Shown here: positions 43,996-54,396 of the stretch, piece by piece
Numbering within the stretch: the first letter of the stretch is position 1
Layout of the letters: every line of letters starts with the position of its first letter
From: Strigamia acuminata
Lineage: Eukaryota
Direction: 5' to 3'
Length of the DNA: 64,000 nt
Assembly (NCBI GenBank): GCA_949358305.1
Contig: OX442314.1
Span: forward strand, 4,526,001 to 4,590,000
Program-made: the position numbers and the translations under genes
The notes under the pieces: generated by a model
The model's input: only the letters and a program-made list of their open reading frames with translations
Told to the model about the DNA's origin: nothing
The model's database searches: none

Positions 43996-44265
43996 AATTG
44001 AATTACACATTTAGCATTTTCTATTAAATATTTACAAATAAATGAATTACTTGTAAATTAATTGAATTACACATTTAGCATTTTCTATTAAATATTTACA
44101 AATAAATGAATTACTTGTAAATTAATTGAATTACACATTTAGCATTTTCTATTAAATATTTACAAATAAATGAATTACTTGTAAATTAATTGAATTACAC
44201 ATTTAAGATTTTTTATTAAATATTTACAAATAAATGAATTACTTGTAAATGAATTGAATTACTTG
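43996..44265. repeat. Subterminal tandem repeat, ~4 x 64 bp
   Basis: AATTGAATTACACATTTAGCATTTTCTATTAAATATTTACAAATAAATGAATTACTTGTAAATT units. Confidence 0.85.
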
Positions 44266-44563
44266 TAGTTATTTATTTTAATTAATTAAATTAATATAAT
44301 TTATTAGTTATTTATTTATTTATAAATTAAATAAATTAATATAATTTATTTATTTATTTATTTAAAAATTGAAGGGTAAGCATCATTTTTTTATGCTCCT
44401 GAAATCCATCTGAGTCTTTTCTTTCTTTGTTTTTCATTCATCCATCTTCATACCATCGGGCCATTTCCTCCTTCATCCCTTTAAATCCCTCCTTGAGGTA
44501 GAAATGAAGAATTGCATCTTAAATGCGTATTCATAGATCTCATATTTTACTACAACACACACT

Positions 44564-44655
44564 TTTTAGTTTTTAACCGAGTTTGAAATACGCGCGTTGG
44601 TTAAACAGCGCCATCTATGGTGAACATTGACAACTATTGATTTGTAATCATCACA
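44564..44655 (-). repeat. Remainder (U3 end) of the Gypsy B 3' LTR, next to the PPT (44656-44665)
   Basis: Matches 57382-57473; minus-strand GGGGGATG directly precedes the LTR. Confidence 0.95.
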
Positions 44656-45397
44656 CATCCCCCGGTGACAAACATAGAGTTTACTAACTCTCGATTGTCA
44701 TTCTTAATGGATAAGAATGTTCACCTAATTCTATCGAATTAATCCACTTGGTAAGTATTTTTTATTAACTTAATCATGTTATTTCTTTCAGAAACTTCGT
44801 CACCCGATTAGACTAATCGGCTTCTCTGCACGGCGCAACTCCCGGTTGCTAAGCGACGGAAATGGACTCGTCCGAACATGGATACATGTTCGAGAAAATA
44901 CAAATTTCGATAGAAATTTTATTTCTTCGTCAAATAAACTTATTCATAGCTTATTAATCAACAAGATAATCAATAAAAATAAATTTATGCAAACTTTATT
45001 TATCGAAAATCTAAACTACTAATTTTTTATTACGATTGTCATAAAAAATTAACGAATTTCAACTTGAAATTCTTCAACGCTTTGATCAAAGCAAAAACAA
45101 ACACAATTTTCACAAATAATTATGAAAAATAAACTAAACAATCACACAGATATTAATATGATTAATTCAAATAAACATCCAAATTGAATTCGAAAAACAA
45201 AACAAATTAAATTGAATCCAATTTTAAAATTAAACTATACTCGTTCGAGTATTTAATGATTAGTTCAAAATCTTGAAACCAAACAAACACAACACTCATG
45301 AGAATATTTCGTAATTGCAAAAAACACAACAAAACACTTGGATTATTTTAGTCAAAAATATCCACTCGGAAAAATAACGAATGTTAATTTGTCCCTT

Positions 45398-46918
45398 TTA
45401 ATCCTTCTTTTCGACTTCAGTCGGTTCCTTCACTTCTGGTTTCTCGACTTCGGCAGAAGTCAGGAAATCCGACTCTTCAGTCGCCTCTGTCGAGACGGCG
45501 GAAAACACGGCTTCCTCCGGCGCTTCAATCTCCTCTGGGCTCGGAGGTGGGAACGGCAGATCCTCGAGCAACTCTGCCACGAAATCGACGACGGAAAGCA
45601 GCTCTTCGGCGTCTTCAAACTGAGCGTCGTCCGAAGTCTCGGACTTAGACGCGATAGGAGCGCTCGACACGTCAGTTACGACCGCTGGAGGATCCTCCAC
45701 GGGTTTAGACGGTGCTTCTACGGCCTGTTGAAGCTTACGAGCTCGCCCTCGTGCCAAGATATTGGTTCGTTGAACCTTGGCGATTTCTCTTGCTCGGTCG
45801 AGCGTCAGACAGCCTCGTCCACGCGACATCGTTCTGGGTCGAACGAATTCTTCCATGACCTCGCTTCCGGCGCTCTCGACGGCTTGGACAGTTTCAGTCG
45901 AAACTTCGGAGTCCTCGGACGGCGGCGGTGATTGTCGAAGGAGTTCGACTCTTACGCCGGCGTTGGCTTCAGCGCGGGCCCAGGTGAGGAAGCGCGGGTC
46001 GATGTAAACCGCTTCGCCACGGCTGTTCAAAAACAATCGGCACTTGGGGCAGTGAGCCCAACATCGCTTCTCGTTAGGCTTAATGCCTTTCACCACGTGG
46101 GGCTGAACCTCCTTGCGCCACGGCTCCGAACGCGGGCGCGTTTTCCTTCCACGGCAGTTTGGACAACGCATAAGCGAAGAACCTGCGGATGCACCGCAGC
46201 ACCACCCACAGCCGACGCAAAATGGGCATATCGTCTCCGTGGCTTGGTCCGTCACGATGTTATCGTGAGGTATTCCGGCTGCCATGTCTCGTTCGCACTG
46301 CTCCTTGCGCAGGCGGGCCTTCTCATCCTTCTTTTTCGCTTTATTGGCCGCTCTGTACTCGCGGTTGCGAGAAACAGGCTCCGAATAACGCAGAGCGCCC
46401 GGTGGCGGCTCGTTCCATCCATATTCTGATGCAGAAGACTCAGCACCAGCAGGAAGATGCGTAACCGACACTGATTGTCCCGTCACAGTCGGTGCAGTCG
46501 CATTCGACGTGTTGGCGACGGTGGGCGCCACGCTTGCAGTTGGCGGCCGAAATTCTGGCGAATGCGGGGCCAACGGGACGTTGATAACGTTCGCGGGCGG
46601 ATACGCCACCTGGGCCAACGAGGCCATTTGCGCCGACTCATAAACGGTTGGCTGAGCAGAAGTGGACGGGGCCTGCATCATCGCATTCAAATCGAGCGGA
46701 AATCCGTCTGGATGGACACTGAGCCAATTTAGCGTCGCGAGTTGCAGCGGCGTCAGGGCGTACATCGAGGCGGGCGCCGTCGGTATCGGTTGGGCCCTCA
46801 TGTAAGCACGTTCCGCTGAACGGCGTTGCTTGTCACTAGACGAGGTGGACGAGCTGGACGAGCTTTCATGACGGCGTCGTCGATGACTCCGTTTTGAGCG
46901 GTGTTTACCACCTCCCAT
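45398..46918 (-). CDS. Gypsy B ORF3: unknown ~506-aa protein with basic N-terminus, Cys-rich central cluster and acidic C-terminus
   Basis: Uninterrupted ORF between pol and PPT; ATG 46918 directly after a TTATTTGCGTCTGCAG acceptor-like site. Confidence 0.75.
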   Translation of the reverse strand: MGGGKHRSKRSHRRRRHESSSSSSTSSSDKQRRSAERAYMRAQPIPTAPASMYALTPLQLATLNWLSVHPDGFPLDLNAMMQAPSTSAQPTVYESAQMASLAQVAYPPANVINVPLAPHSPEFRPPTASVAPTVANTSNATAPTVTGQSVSVTHLPAGAESSASEYGWNEPPPGALRYSEPVSRNREYRAANKAKKKDEKARLRKEQCERDMAAGIPHDNIVTDQATETICPFCVGCGWCCGASAGSSLMRCPNCRGRKTRPRSEPWRKEVQPHVVKGIKPNEKRCWAHCPKCRLFLNSRGEAVYIDPRFLTWARAEANAGVRVELLRQSPPPSEDSEVSTETVQAVESAGSEVMEEFVRPRTMSRGRGCLTLDRAREIAKVQRTNILARGRARKLQQAVEAPSKPVEDPPAVVTDVSSAPIASKSETSDDAQFEDAEELLSVVDFVAELLEDLPFPPPSPEEIEAPEEAVFSAVSTEATEESDFLTSAEVEKPEVKEPTEVEKKD

Positions 46919-47968
46919 CTGCAGACGCAAATAAATTATTTTATTAAAAATAATTCCACTCTAAATAATCATTCCTTGAGTCCAAAGAATTAAAACGTAT
47001 TGTTCGCAACGAAAAATACACAGCTCGAGTTATTTATAACCCCTAACACGTGACACTAATGAGTCACATTCCCCTTGTGTTTATGACACGAGAATGGACT
47101 CGCCTGACAGCGATTTTTCATCGGAAATCGCAACTTGTTGAATTTTCAAAAGAAAAATCCCCTTAGTTTCTTTAAACTATTTAATCCAACTTCCGAGTAT
47201 CAAAGATAACTTTTCGTATTAATTAATTAACACTTAGTCTAATGAATATCTCAAATCGAAAATTCACCGCTAAATAATTTATGCAAGCCTCGACCGCGAC
47301 TTGATTTAAATAATTAGTGCCCACGTACTTAAACTTAATAAATAATTATTAAATTTAACCCAACTATTCGACTGAATAGCTAAACTTCCAGAGTGATTTA
47401 ATGCCGATTCACGCTTATAATACACGTGAATTTTTTAACTTTTATCGGGACGCCGATATTTTCAATTGTTGCGAACAATTTTTTCAATTCTTTGGTCAAA
47501 GAATATATTTGAAAACTACTTACTGTTGAAGCTTGTTTTCCTTGCTGAAGTCGCTAATTGAATTAGCGTGGAAATCTCGAGTCGAAAAATGAAGACGGGT
47601 CGAAGGGACGAAGTCACTAGTATCCGTGTTTTTTACGAAGTGTTTGTGTGCAATGAACCCTGGGAATTTTATTCCCTATTAATTGTCGGGTTCGAGGTTT
47701 AATCACACCTCGTAAGTCTCGTACCTTCGTAATTACGCGAGATTATCACTTTTCAAAGTAATTCTCTGTATTTTAATTAAAATACATATAAATCTGACCA
47801 CATAATAAAATATTCTATCGAATATTTTGACTTATCGCAACAAATTCATATTTTAATACAAATTTCGATAAATATCGTAATATCTTGTCCCCCGGTGTTG
47901 AGATTATAAATCACTACACCTGTCTGACATGTAAATAATTACAGTCTTCAAGTTTTGAATAAAACTTA

Positions 47969-50900
47969 TCAATTCCAACAGAACTTTGAGGCTTTTCCTC
48001 GTTGTTGGTATGGTTTTTTAAATACTACAGTGATGTTCCGCACGAAATTTTCATCTGCATATTTAGGATTTGGTTTTCGTTCTCGTCGTGGACGAGTGCT
48101 AGTTCGTGGAACTATCGGTTGGGGTTTGCGGGGTTTTCGAGGCGGTTTCTTTGGAACTTCGCCTCTTTTTAACGCCGCTTTCCTTTCCATAGCAGTTAAT
48201 CGTTGTCTATGTCTATGTTTAGACTTAATGGGCGCAGATTTGTCAATTTGCACCGAAGTTGAGTCGGATAATTCCATTGGAATTTCTGAAGAAGTTTCAG
48301 GAATTAATTCCATTTCTTCAGCATCCGGAAGTTGATTACTTTCGTCCATCCATTTAGGATTTTCTTGAGGCGAGTAGGAGGCGGACTTTTGTCCTACTTT
48401 CCAAGTCTCAATCGGGTACGACGGAGTATAGGGGTACAACGCTTTAATATTCACTGATTTTTCAATTGAACCATCAGCTAATTTGCGTAATTTATACGCT
48501 CCGCCAGGAAGTACTTTAGTAATTTCCCACGGACCATCTCTCTTCTCGGCAAATCCAGCGGAGATATTTTTATCTGCGCACGAGAGAATGTGAGTTTGTT
48601 TCCAAACTAAATCTCCAACTTCGAACTCCGTAATTACGAACTTTTGTTCGTGTATTTTTCTATGTCGTTCAAAATTCAATTGAATTCTGCGATGCATCTC
48701 TTGATGCGATCTGCGTAATATATCTAATAATACTCTGACATATTTTTCTGGATTTTCTTTGTCAAATGGATTGGCAAGTTTAATAATCCTTGGGTCGAAA
48801 GGTAATGTTACGATTCGTCCGGTGTTCAGTAACATCGGGCTTGAGCCCGTTGCTGCCGAAACATTATTTCGCATTGCGAATGCAAATTCGTCTAAATAAC
48901 GCGGCCATTGCGTGTGCACATCTGTGTACAGGGCCAGCATCGTCTTTATATCTCTATTGGCTCGCTCTGTCGGGTTCGCCTGAGCATGATACGTGCTCGT
49001 ATGAGACGGGCGAATGTTGTACATTTCGCAATACTCATTGTAAATATCGGAAACAAATTGTTTTCCGTTATCGCTCACAATCTTTTTGGGGTGTCCCCAT
49101 CTGTTTGTAACAGATCTTAATTCTTGAACGCAGTTAGCGCTCGTGGCTTTTGTCAAAGCCTTAATTTCAACAAACTTGGTACAATTGTCAATAATGACAA
49201 AAATATACTGGTTTTGGGACCTTCCCGCGGGTTTTGGGCCCATCAAGTCCATATTAATACATTCCCAAGGATTGGTCATGTTGTGTGGTGTGTAAGGAGC
49301 TGCGTGCCTTTTCTGTTGAATAGGCTTGTACTGAGCACAGTGCGTGCAGCTTTTGACGTAGTTCCTGACACTTCTACTCATACCAGGCCAGAAATATATT
49401 AAACGCGTTTTCTCAAGCGTCTTACTCATCCCAGCGTGACCGCTTAGGGGGTGGCCATGACAAGCGAAGAGTACTCGCTTTACAAGTGCACTGGGTACAA
49501 CGGCTTTAAAGCCATTTCCCGAATCGTTTAATTCCTCTTCGAATGAAGGGTTAAAATAGATGATCATTTGATCACCATCAACTTCTTTTTTGTCTAAACA
49601 ATAATTTTTGACTTTGTTTTTCCATTCTTTTATTTCAGATTGTGGTATCCCAACAACCTTGTCATTCAATAAATATTCTCGAATGCGTTTGCATTCAGTA
49701 TCTAGTAACTGAGCATCTATTATTTCTCTCCTTGTAGGAGGGACTTCTTTAAGTACTTCAGTCAACGCACTGTACAAGGTTTCTTGTACTTCCTCCCCCT
49801 CCTTTTCTTCAGAACATTCTTTAGAATTTTCAGAAAAATAGGAACGCACACTAGCCAAATATTCTCGTTTTTCTGGGGCACGATTTAATGAAACAGAAGG
49901 ATTTCCGTCCCACTCAGGCCAGTATTGTTTAATTTCGACAGGTTCCACATGATCTCGAAGAGGAATGTCTTCCTCTGTTAGTGGGGCTCTAGAAAGTGCA
50001 TCTGCAACTTGGTTAGCAGCACCTTTTCGAAAAACAATTTTAAAATTTCCACATTGGATTCTTAAGGCCCATCGGCCAAATTTCCCAGATGGTTCAGGCG
50101 TTCGCATCAACCATTTCAGTGCTTCTGCATCTGACTCTAAAGTGAATGTACCATATTCGAGATATGGTTTAAATCGATCAATAGCCCACACAACTGCGAG
50201 ACATTCGAGTTCCGGCGTTGTATAACGCTTCTCCGCTCCACGTAAAACTCTGCTTGCATAAGCTACAGGTTTGGGTACAGAAATGTTTTTCTGCTTCTTT
50301 TCATCGAATATATCGACGTCTTGGCAAAGGACAGCTCCTAAGCCTTCATGTGAAGCGTCAGTCATGACAACAAATGGTAAAGTCATATCTGGTTTGTGTA
50401 GACAATTGTCACCACAAAGTAGCTCTTTAATTTTATTAAAAGCTTCTGTCTGCTCATCTCCCCATTCAAATGGAGTTTTCTCATTCATCATACGTGTGTA
50501 TGGTGCGGCAATAGTTCCGTGATTTGGAACAAACTTCCTGAAGAAGTTAGTCATGCCGTGAAAGCGCTGAATGTCTTTAGCACACGTGGGGGTGGGAAAT
50601 TTCATAATCGCCGATATTTTATCGGGATCACCGAAGAGACCTTCGGGTTTAATCCAGTGGCCCAAGAATTTTAATTCTGTACGCCCAAAACGAGATTTTG
50701 CTTTATTTATTGTCATGTTGGCTTGGTTAAGCCTTTCTAGAACATCTCGAACGTGTTTGAGATGATCATCCCAATTATCTGAATACACAATTACGTCATC
50801 CAAATAAACTAACGCGTAGTCTTGCAAAGCTGAGCCTAAAATGCCTTCCATCAGACGCTGGAAAGTACAAGGCGCATTGCAAAGGCCAAACGGCATTCGC

Positions 50901-52174
50901 ACAAACTGATATGGACCATTTGGCGTGTAAAATGCCGTCTTTGGTCGATCTTCTTTACACATCTCGACTTGGTAGTAACCTTTGACAAGGTCAATTGACG
51001 TAAAATACCTAGCAGGACCAGTATTATGCAATAAAAGGTCAATACTTGGCATTTGTATTACTTCGACTTCGGTGATGGCATTTAGCCACCGGTAGTCAAT
51101 GCACATCCTATACGAGCCGTCAGGCTTCGCAACAATGACGGGATGACTTATGAAGGGCCCTTTGGCCTTTTCAATGAGTCCATCCTGTTCCAATTCTGCA
51201 GCTAGTTTGGTCATAATGGCTCTCTTGGCCGGGTTATACATTCTATACTGCATTTTGGGCAATGAATGCCCTTCTTTGAACTTAATACGATGCTGGGTCA
51301 CGTTAGTGCACCCAACTTGATCACGAAATACATTCGGTATCGATTTAACCACTTCGCGAAGTGCTAATCTTTGCTCCGGAGTGCAGTCGCTCTCCTCAAC
51401 TAATTTTTCATCCCAAGTCAACACAGGAGTGTCTGTTAACTCAATTGAGTTGAGAGTGGACGACAGTCCTAAATAATCGAAAGTAATTCGATTTAACGGG
51501 GCGAGGGCCAAATTGGCTTCTTCCGACTCATAAGGGGCGGACCAATTAGGTTTATCTGCACAAGAGAACTCTTGTAAATGTGGATGCGGACTAATTTTCT
51601 GTCTGCGCATGAAATTGTGACCAAGTATCAAGCCACAAACTTGTTTTGCTAAAACGATGAAATTCATTGGTGTAAATTCATCAGCCCATTGCACGCACAA
51701 AGTTATTTGTCCGACAGGCTTGTGTGCTACGCCTACAGCGTTAACCAACATATTTCTAGGGGCTTCTTGCAAAAATTCTGGCAAAGCCTGAGTTTCAGAC
51801 AAGAGTTGTTCCCCAATGTAACATTGAGATGCTCCTGTATCCATGAGCGCGTTGTAGGTGAGCCCACCAATTGTGATCTTCATTCGAGGATCATCTTTAT
51901 TATTACCCAAAGTAATATTGTGCAAATTATTACCACCTATGACTCTGTTGAGTCGGCGGAGTCTACAGAATTTCTTCGTGTAGCACTTGTGTGGAAACAA
52001 TGTCAGATTTTTTAATTGTTCTGTCATTTCTTGCAGATTTTCCTCTACTCCGCCACTATGACTAGTGGCTACTTCAAGACAAGTTGTGTCTACATCCATA
52101 AACAAAGATTCCGACGTAGCATTAGCCACTTCTGGGGGATGGAATAAACCTTCGTCCCCCGGATCTAGTTTTTT
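47969..52174 (-). CDS. pol: Gypsy B Pol (PR-RT-RH-IN), via -1 frameshift
   Basis: LMDTGA; RMCIDYRWLN, YLDD; MTDAS, ELECLA; H-H-C-C, MDLMGP, SDNGKQF, TERAN; GPW (ORF track 47969..52129). Confidence 0.96.
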   Translation of the reverse strand, partial: KKLDPGDEGLFHPPEVANATSESLFMDVDTTCLEVATSHSGGVEENLQEMTEQLKNLTLFPHKCYTKKFCRLRRLNRVIGGNNLHNITLGNNKDDPRMKITIGGLTYNALMDTGASQCYIGEQLLSETQALPEFLQEAPRNMLVNAVGVAHKPVGQITLCVQWADEFTPMNFIVLAKQVCGLILGHNFMRRQKISPHPHLQEFSCADKPNWSAPYESEEANLALAPLNRITFDYLGLSSTLNSIELTDTPVLTWDEKLVEESDCTPEQRLALREVVKSIPNVFRDQVGCTNVTQHRIKFKEGHSLPKMQYRMYNPAKRAIMTKLAAELEQDGLIEKAKGPFISHPVIVAKPDGSYRMCIDYRWLNAITEVEVIQMPSIDLLLHNTGPARYFTSIDLVKGYYQVEMCKEDRPKTAFYTPNGPYQFVRMPFGLCNAPCTFQRLMEGILGSALQDYALVYLDDVIVYSDNWDDHLKHVRDVLERLNQANMTINKAKSRFGRTELKFLGHWIKPEGLFGDPDKISAIMKFPTPTCAKDIQRFHGMTNFFRKFVPNHGTIAAPYTRMMNEKTPFEWGDEQTEAFNKIKELLCGDNCLHKPDMTLPFVVMTDASHEGLGAVLCQDVDIFDEKKQKNISVPKPVAYASRVLRGAEKRYTTPELECLAVVWAIDRFKPYLEYGTFTLESDAEALKWLMRTPEPSGKFGRWALRIQCGNFKIVFRKGAANQVADALSRAPLTEEDIPLRDHVEPVEIKQYWPEWDGNPSVSLNRAPEKREYLASVRSYFSENSKECSEEKEGEEVQETLYSALTEVLKEVPPTRREIIDAQLLDTECKRIREYLLNDKVVGIPQSEIKEWKNKVKNYCLDKKEVDGDQMIIYFNPSFEEELNDSGNGFKAVVPSALVKRVLFACHGHPLSGHAGMSKTLEKTRLIYFWPGMSRSVRNYVKSCTHCAQYKPIQQKRHAAPYTPHNMTNPWECINMDLMGPKPAGRSQNQYIFVIIDNCTKFVEIKALTKATSANCVQELRSVTNRWGHPKKIVSDNGKQFVSDIYNEYCEMYNIRPSHTSTYHAQANPTERANRDIKTMLALYTDVHTQWPRYLDEFAFAMRNNVSAATGSSPMLLNTGRIVTLPFDPRIIKLANPFDKENPEKYVRVLLDILRRSHQEMHRRIQLNFERHRKIHEQKFVITEFEVGDLVWKQTHILSCADKNISAGFAEKRDGPWEITKVLPGGAYKLRKLADGSIEKSVNIKALYPYTPSYPIETWKVGQKSASYSPQENPKWMDESNQLPDAEEMELIPETSSEIPMELSDSTSVQIDKSAPIKSKHRHRQRLTAMERKAALKRGEVPKKPPRKPRKPQPIVPRTSTRPRRERKPNPKYADENFVRNITVVFKKPYQQRGKASKFCWN
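52130..52174 (-). promoter_or_regulatory. Gag-pol -1 frameshift signal (A_AAA_AAC plus GGGGGA...TCCCCC stem)
   Basis: TCA AAA AAC TAG at the gag end; pol in the -1 frame is open from here. Confidence 0.85.
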
Positions 52175-54396
52175 GAACTAGTCGCACTTGAATCAGCAGA
52201 TTCGGGCTTGATCAAAGTCTTGACCATTTCTGCTAACGAGTTAGTCAGCGAAGTTTGTAACTTATTTTCAAAAGTATTTAATTTCGCATCAAGTTTAGCA
52301 TCCAGTGTTGCATCCAACACTTCTTGAGTTATCCATCTGTTATTAGGACGTTTAGAAGTAGGATCCACAGTCGGGGAATCTGGCGTACTTCGTTTTGGCA
52401 ACTCTTCAGAGTTGAACTTTGCACGTGGTTTTAAATCTGGACATTCTCGACGCATGTGTCCTGGTTTCTTACAGTGGTAACAAACTAATTGACCACGTCT
52501 GGTCTGATCTACTACTCCATTTATTAAATAGACGGCCTCGCATTCCTCTGGTAACTCTTCTTCACAAATATTAAGTTGTTCTTGTGAATCCAAAGTTAAA
52601 GATTTAGCATTTGTCTTCGGCTGAGGACGAGTGTCAGTTTTCCGAGGTGGGAAAACAACTGGATTGGAGATATTTTCCCTTGCTCCATTAGCTGTACGAC
52701 TGTACAAGCCTTTATTTTTCGTTATAACGGAATAAATCTCTGTCAGAGGTAAATCCGCTATGCCTTGCGTATGCAAAAGCAAATCATTAGCAGGAGTTAC
52801 ACTCCCGATAAAAAGACAACCAGCCCCTTTTGCATCAAAACTGTCTTGCAATATCCATAACTGGTAATATTTGTGCATAAAGTCGTAAAGACTTTCTGTT
52901 TCCAGTTGTTTCAACTTAGTTAGTTGGTTCGTCCGCTCTTGTCGAGTGGCTACAAATCGTTCTTTGAACGCCTGTTCAAATACTTCCCAAGATATAAAAT
53001 CTTCTCTTCGTTCATGAAACCAACCATGCGCTTGCTCGGTTAGATAACCAGCAACGCCTTTAACAAGCATGTCATCGAGTGACATGTTTCGCAGAAAAGC
53101 GACATTTTTTACAATATTGAGAAAGCGTTCGCTTTCTTCTGCTTTTCCTGAGAATACAGGGATATCTGGGGGTTTCAAACTGTTAGTTTGAGGGACAGTG
53201 GCGGAACTTTTTCCAGCCTGCATTAATTTGTGCATGGTTGTGGCAATTGACGCGAGGTCATCAGCCGTCATTCCAAAACTACTAGGGGGGCGCGAGTTGT
53301 CGTTTGACGACCCGCCATTATTTTTTGGTTGACTCGAGTTATTTTGACTTGAGCCACCACTATTAGGGTTGAAATTATTCGACCCTCCTTGATTTGACCT
53401 GCTGTGGTTACCAAAGTTTGAATGGTTATTCGAATTGCCTCGGTTCCCATAATTCGAATGATTATTAGAATTACCCGGATTGTCAAAATTCGGGCGGTTG
53501 TTCGAATTTTCTTGATTACCAAAATTCGGACGATAGTTCGAATTATCTGGCGCACCCTGATTCAAATAGTTATTTGAATTTCCTGGAGTTCCAGTAGAAG
53601 GATTATTTGGGTTATTCGAGTTCGGAGGAACTGGGTGACCCCTTTGCATGTTAGGTGCTGGACTAGAATTGTTTGCAAATCTAGAGTTTGGGTCAAAACG
53701 ACGGTTTGGACCTCTTGTCACACCTGAATTTGGGTTCAAATTTCCAGCGAGATTCGGACAACTATTTGATCCGTTTGGAAAACTTGGATTAGGGTTGGCC
53801 ATGTTAGGCGGACCCAAATTCGCTCTGTTGAACGTATTCTCAAAGTTTTCTGGATTTGTAAATCCTCTTTGTCGGTTGCGAGCGAAGTTATTCGCTCGTA
53901 ATCGTTGTTGAAAAGCACGATTAAAATCTCCTGGTGTCAAATTCGACTGATCTTGACGAGGAGGTTGTGCATTTTTATTTCTATATCTAGAAATAGGCGT
54001 CGAAGGAGTGGGACTAAAATTATTTAATCTTTGGCTGGCTGGGGAATGGGATTGCTCCGACGTAGCACGAGGCTCGTGTATAAAATCTAACACTTCGGTC
54101 AAAGATCTAAATTGGTTTGGGTTCAAACCGTGATCCTGACAAAATAATAGACCGCCTCGGCCTAAATGAGAACCTTCAGGAATGCATTCCTCTTCTCCAG
54201 GCGGAGTAGGTTCACGTGGAGCTCTATTCTCTCCAGATGGTCCGGCTGTTTCATTTGAAACGCCATTATGGACCGCGTGGTTTCCCACTTCTTCAATTCC
54301 ATTAGGAACAGGTATAAACCCGGATAGATTCATTCCACCGGTCAAACAAGTTCTTTCCTTACCACGGGTGTTCATGTGATGCTGGTTATTAGTCAT
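52165..54396 (-). CDS. gag: Gypsy B Gag (743 aa; Asn-rich low-complexity region, gag core, CCHC knuckle)
   Basis: PVFSG...AHGWF...SWEVFEQAFKERF...LKQLETESLYDF; CYHCKKPGHMRREC. Confidence 0.92.
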   Translation of the reverse strand: MTNNQHHMNTRGKERTCLTGGMNLSGFIPVPNGIEEVGNHAVHNGVSNETAGPSGENRAPREPTPPGEEECIPEGSHLGRGGLLFCQDHGLNPNQFRSLTEVLDFIHEPRATSEQSHSPASQRLNNFSPTPSTPISRYRNKNAQPPRQDQSNLTPGDFNRAFQQRLRANNFARNRQRGFTNPENFENTFNRANLGPPNMANPNPSFPNGSNSCPNLAGNLNPNSGVTRGPNRRFDPNSRFANNSSPAPNMQRGHPVPPNSNNPNNPSTGTPGNSNNYLNQGAPDNSNYRPNFGNQENSNNRPNFDNPGNSNNHSNYGNRGNSNNHSNFGNHSRSNQGGSNNFNPNSGGSSQNNSSQPKNNGGSSNDNSRPPSSFGMTADDLASIATTMHKLMQAGKSSATVPQTNSLKPPDIPVFSGKAEESERFLNIVKNVAFLRNMSLDDMLVKGVAGYLTEQAHGWFHERREDFISWEVFEQAFKERFVATRQERTNQLTKLKQLETESLYDFMHKYYQLWILQDSFDAKGAGCLFIGSVTPANDLLLHTQGIADLPLTEIYSVITKNKGLYSRTANGARENISNPVVFPPRKTDTRPQPKTNAKSLTLDSQEQLNICEEELPEECEAVYLINGVVDQTRRGQLVCYHCKKPGHMRRECPDLKPRAKFNSEELPKRSTPDSPTVDPTSKRPNNRWITQEVLDATLDAKLDAKLNTFENKLQTSLTNSLAEMVKTLIKPESADSSATSSKN

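Larger units (their letters stand above)
22740..44557. mobile_element. Polinton/Maverick (adintovirus-like endogenous dsDNA virus)
   Basis: 95-bp TIRs (22740-22834 / 44463-44557, one mismatch), 6-bp TSD CACACT (22734-22739 / 44558-44563); pPolB, RVE integrase, packaging ATPase, major and minor capsid, adenain proteases, PLA2. Confidence 0.97.
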
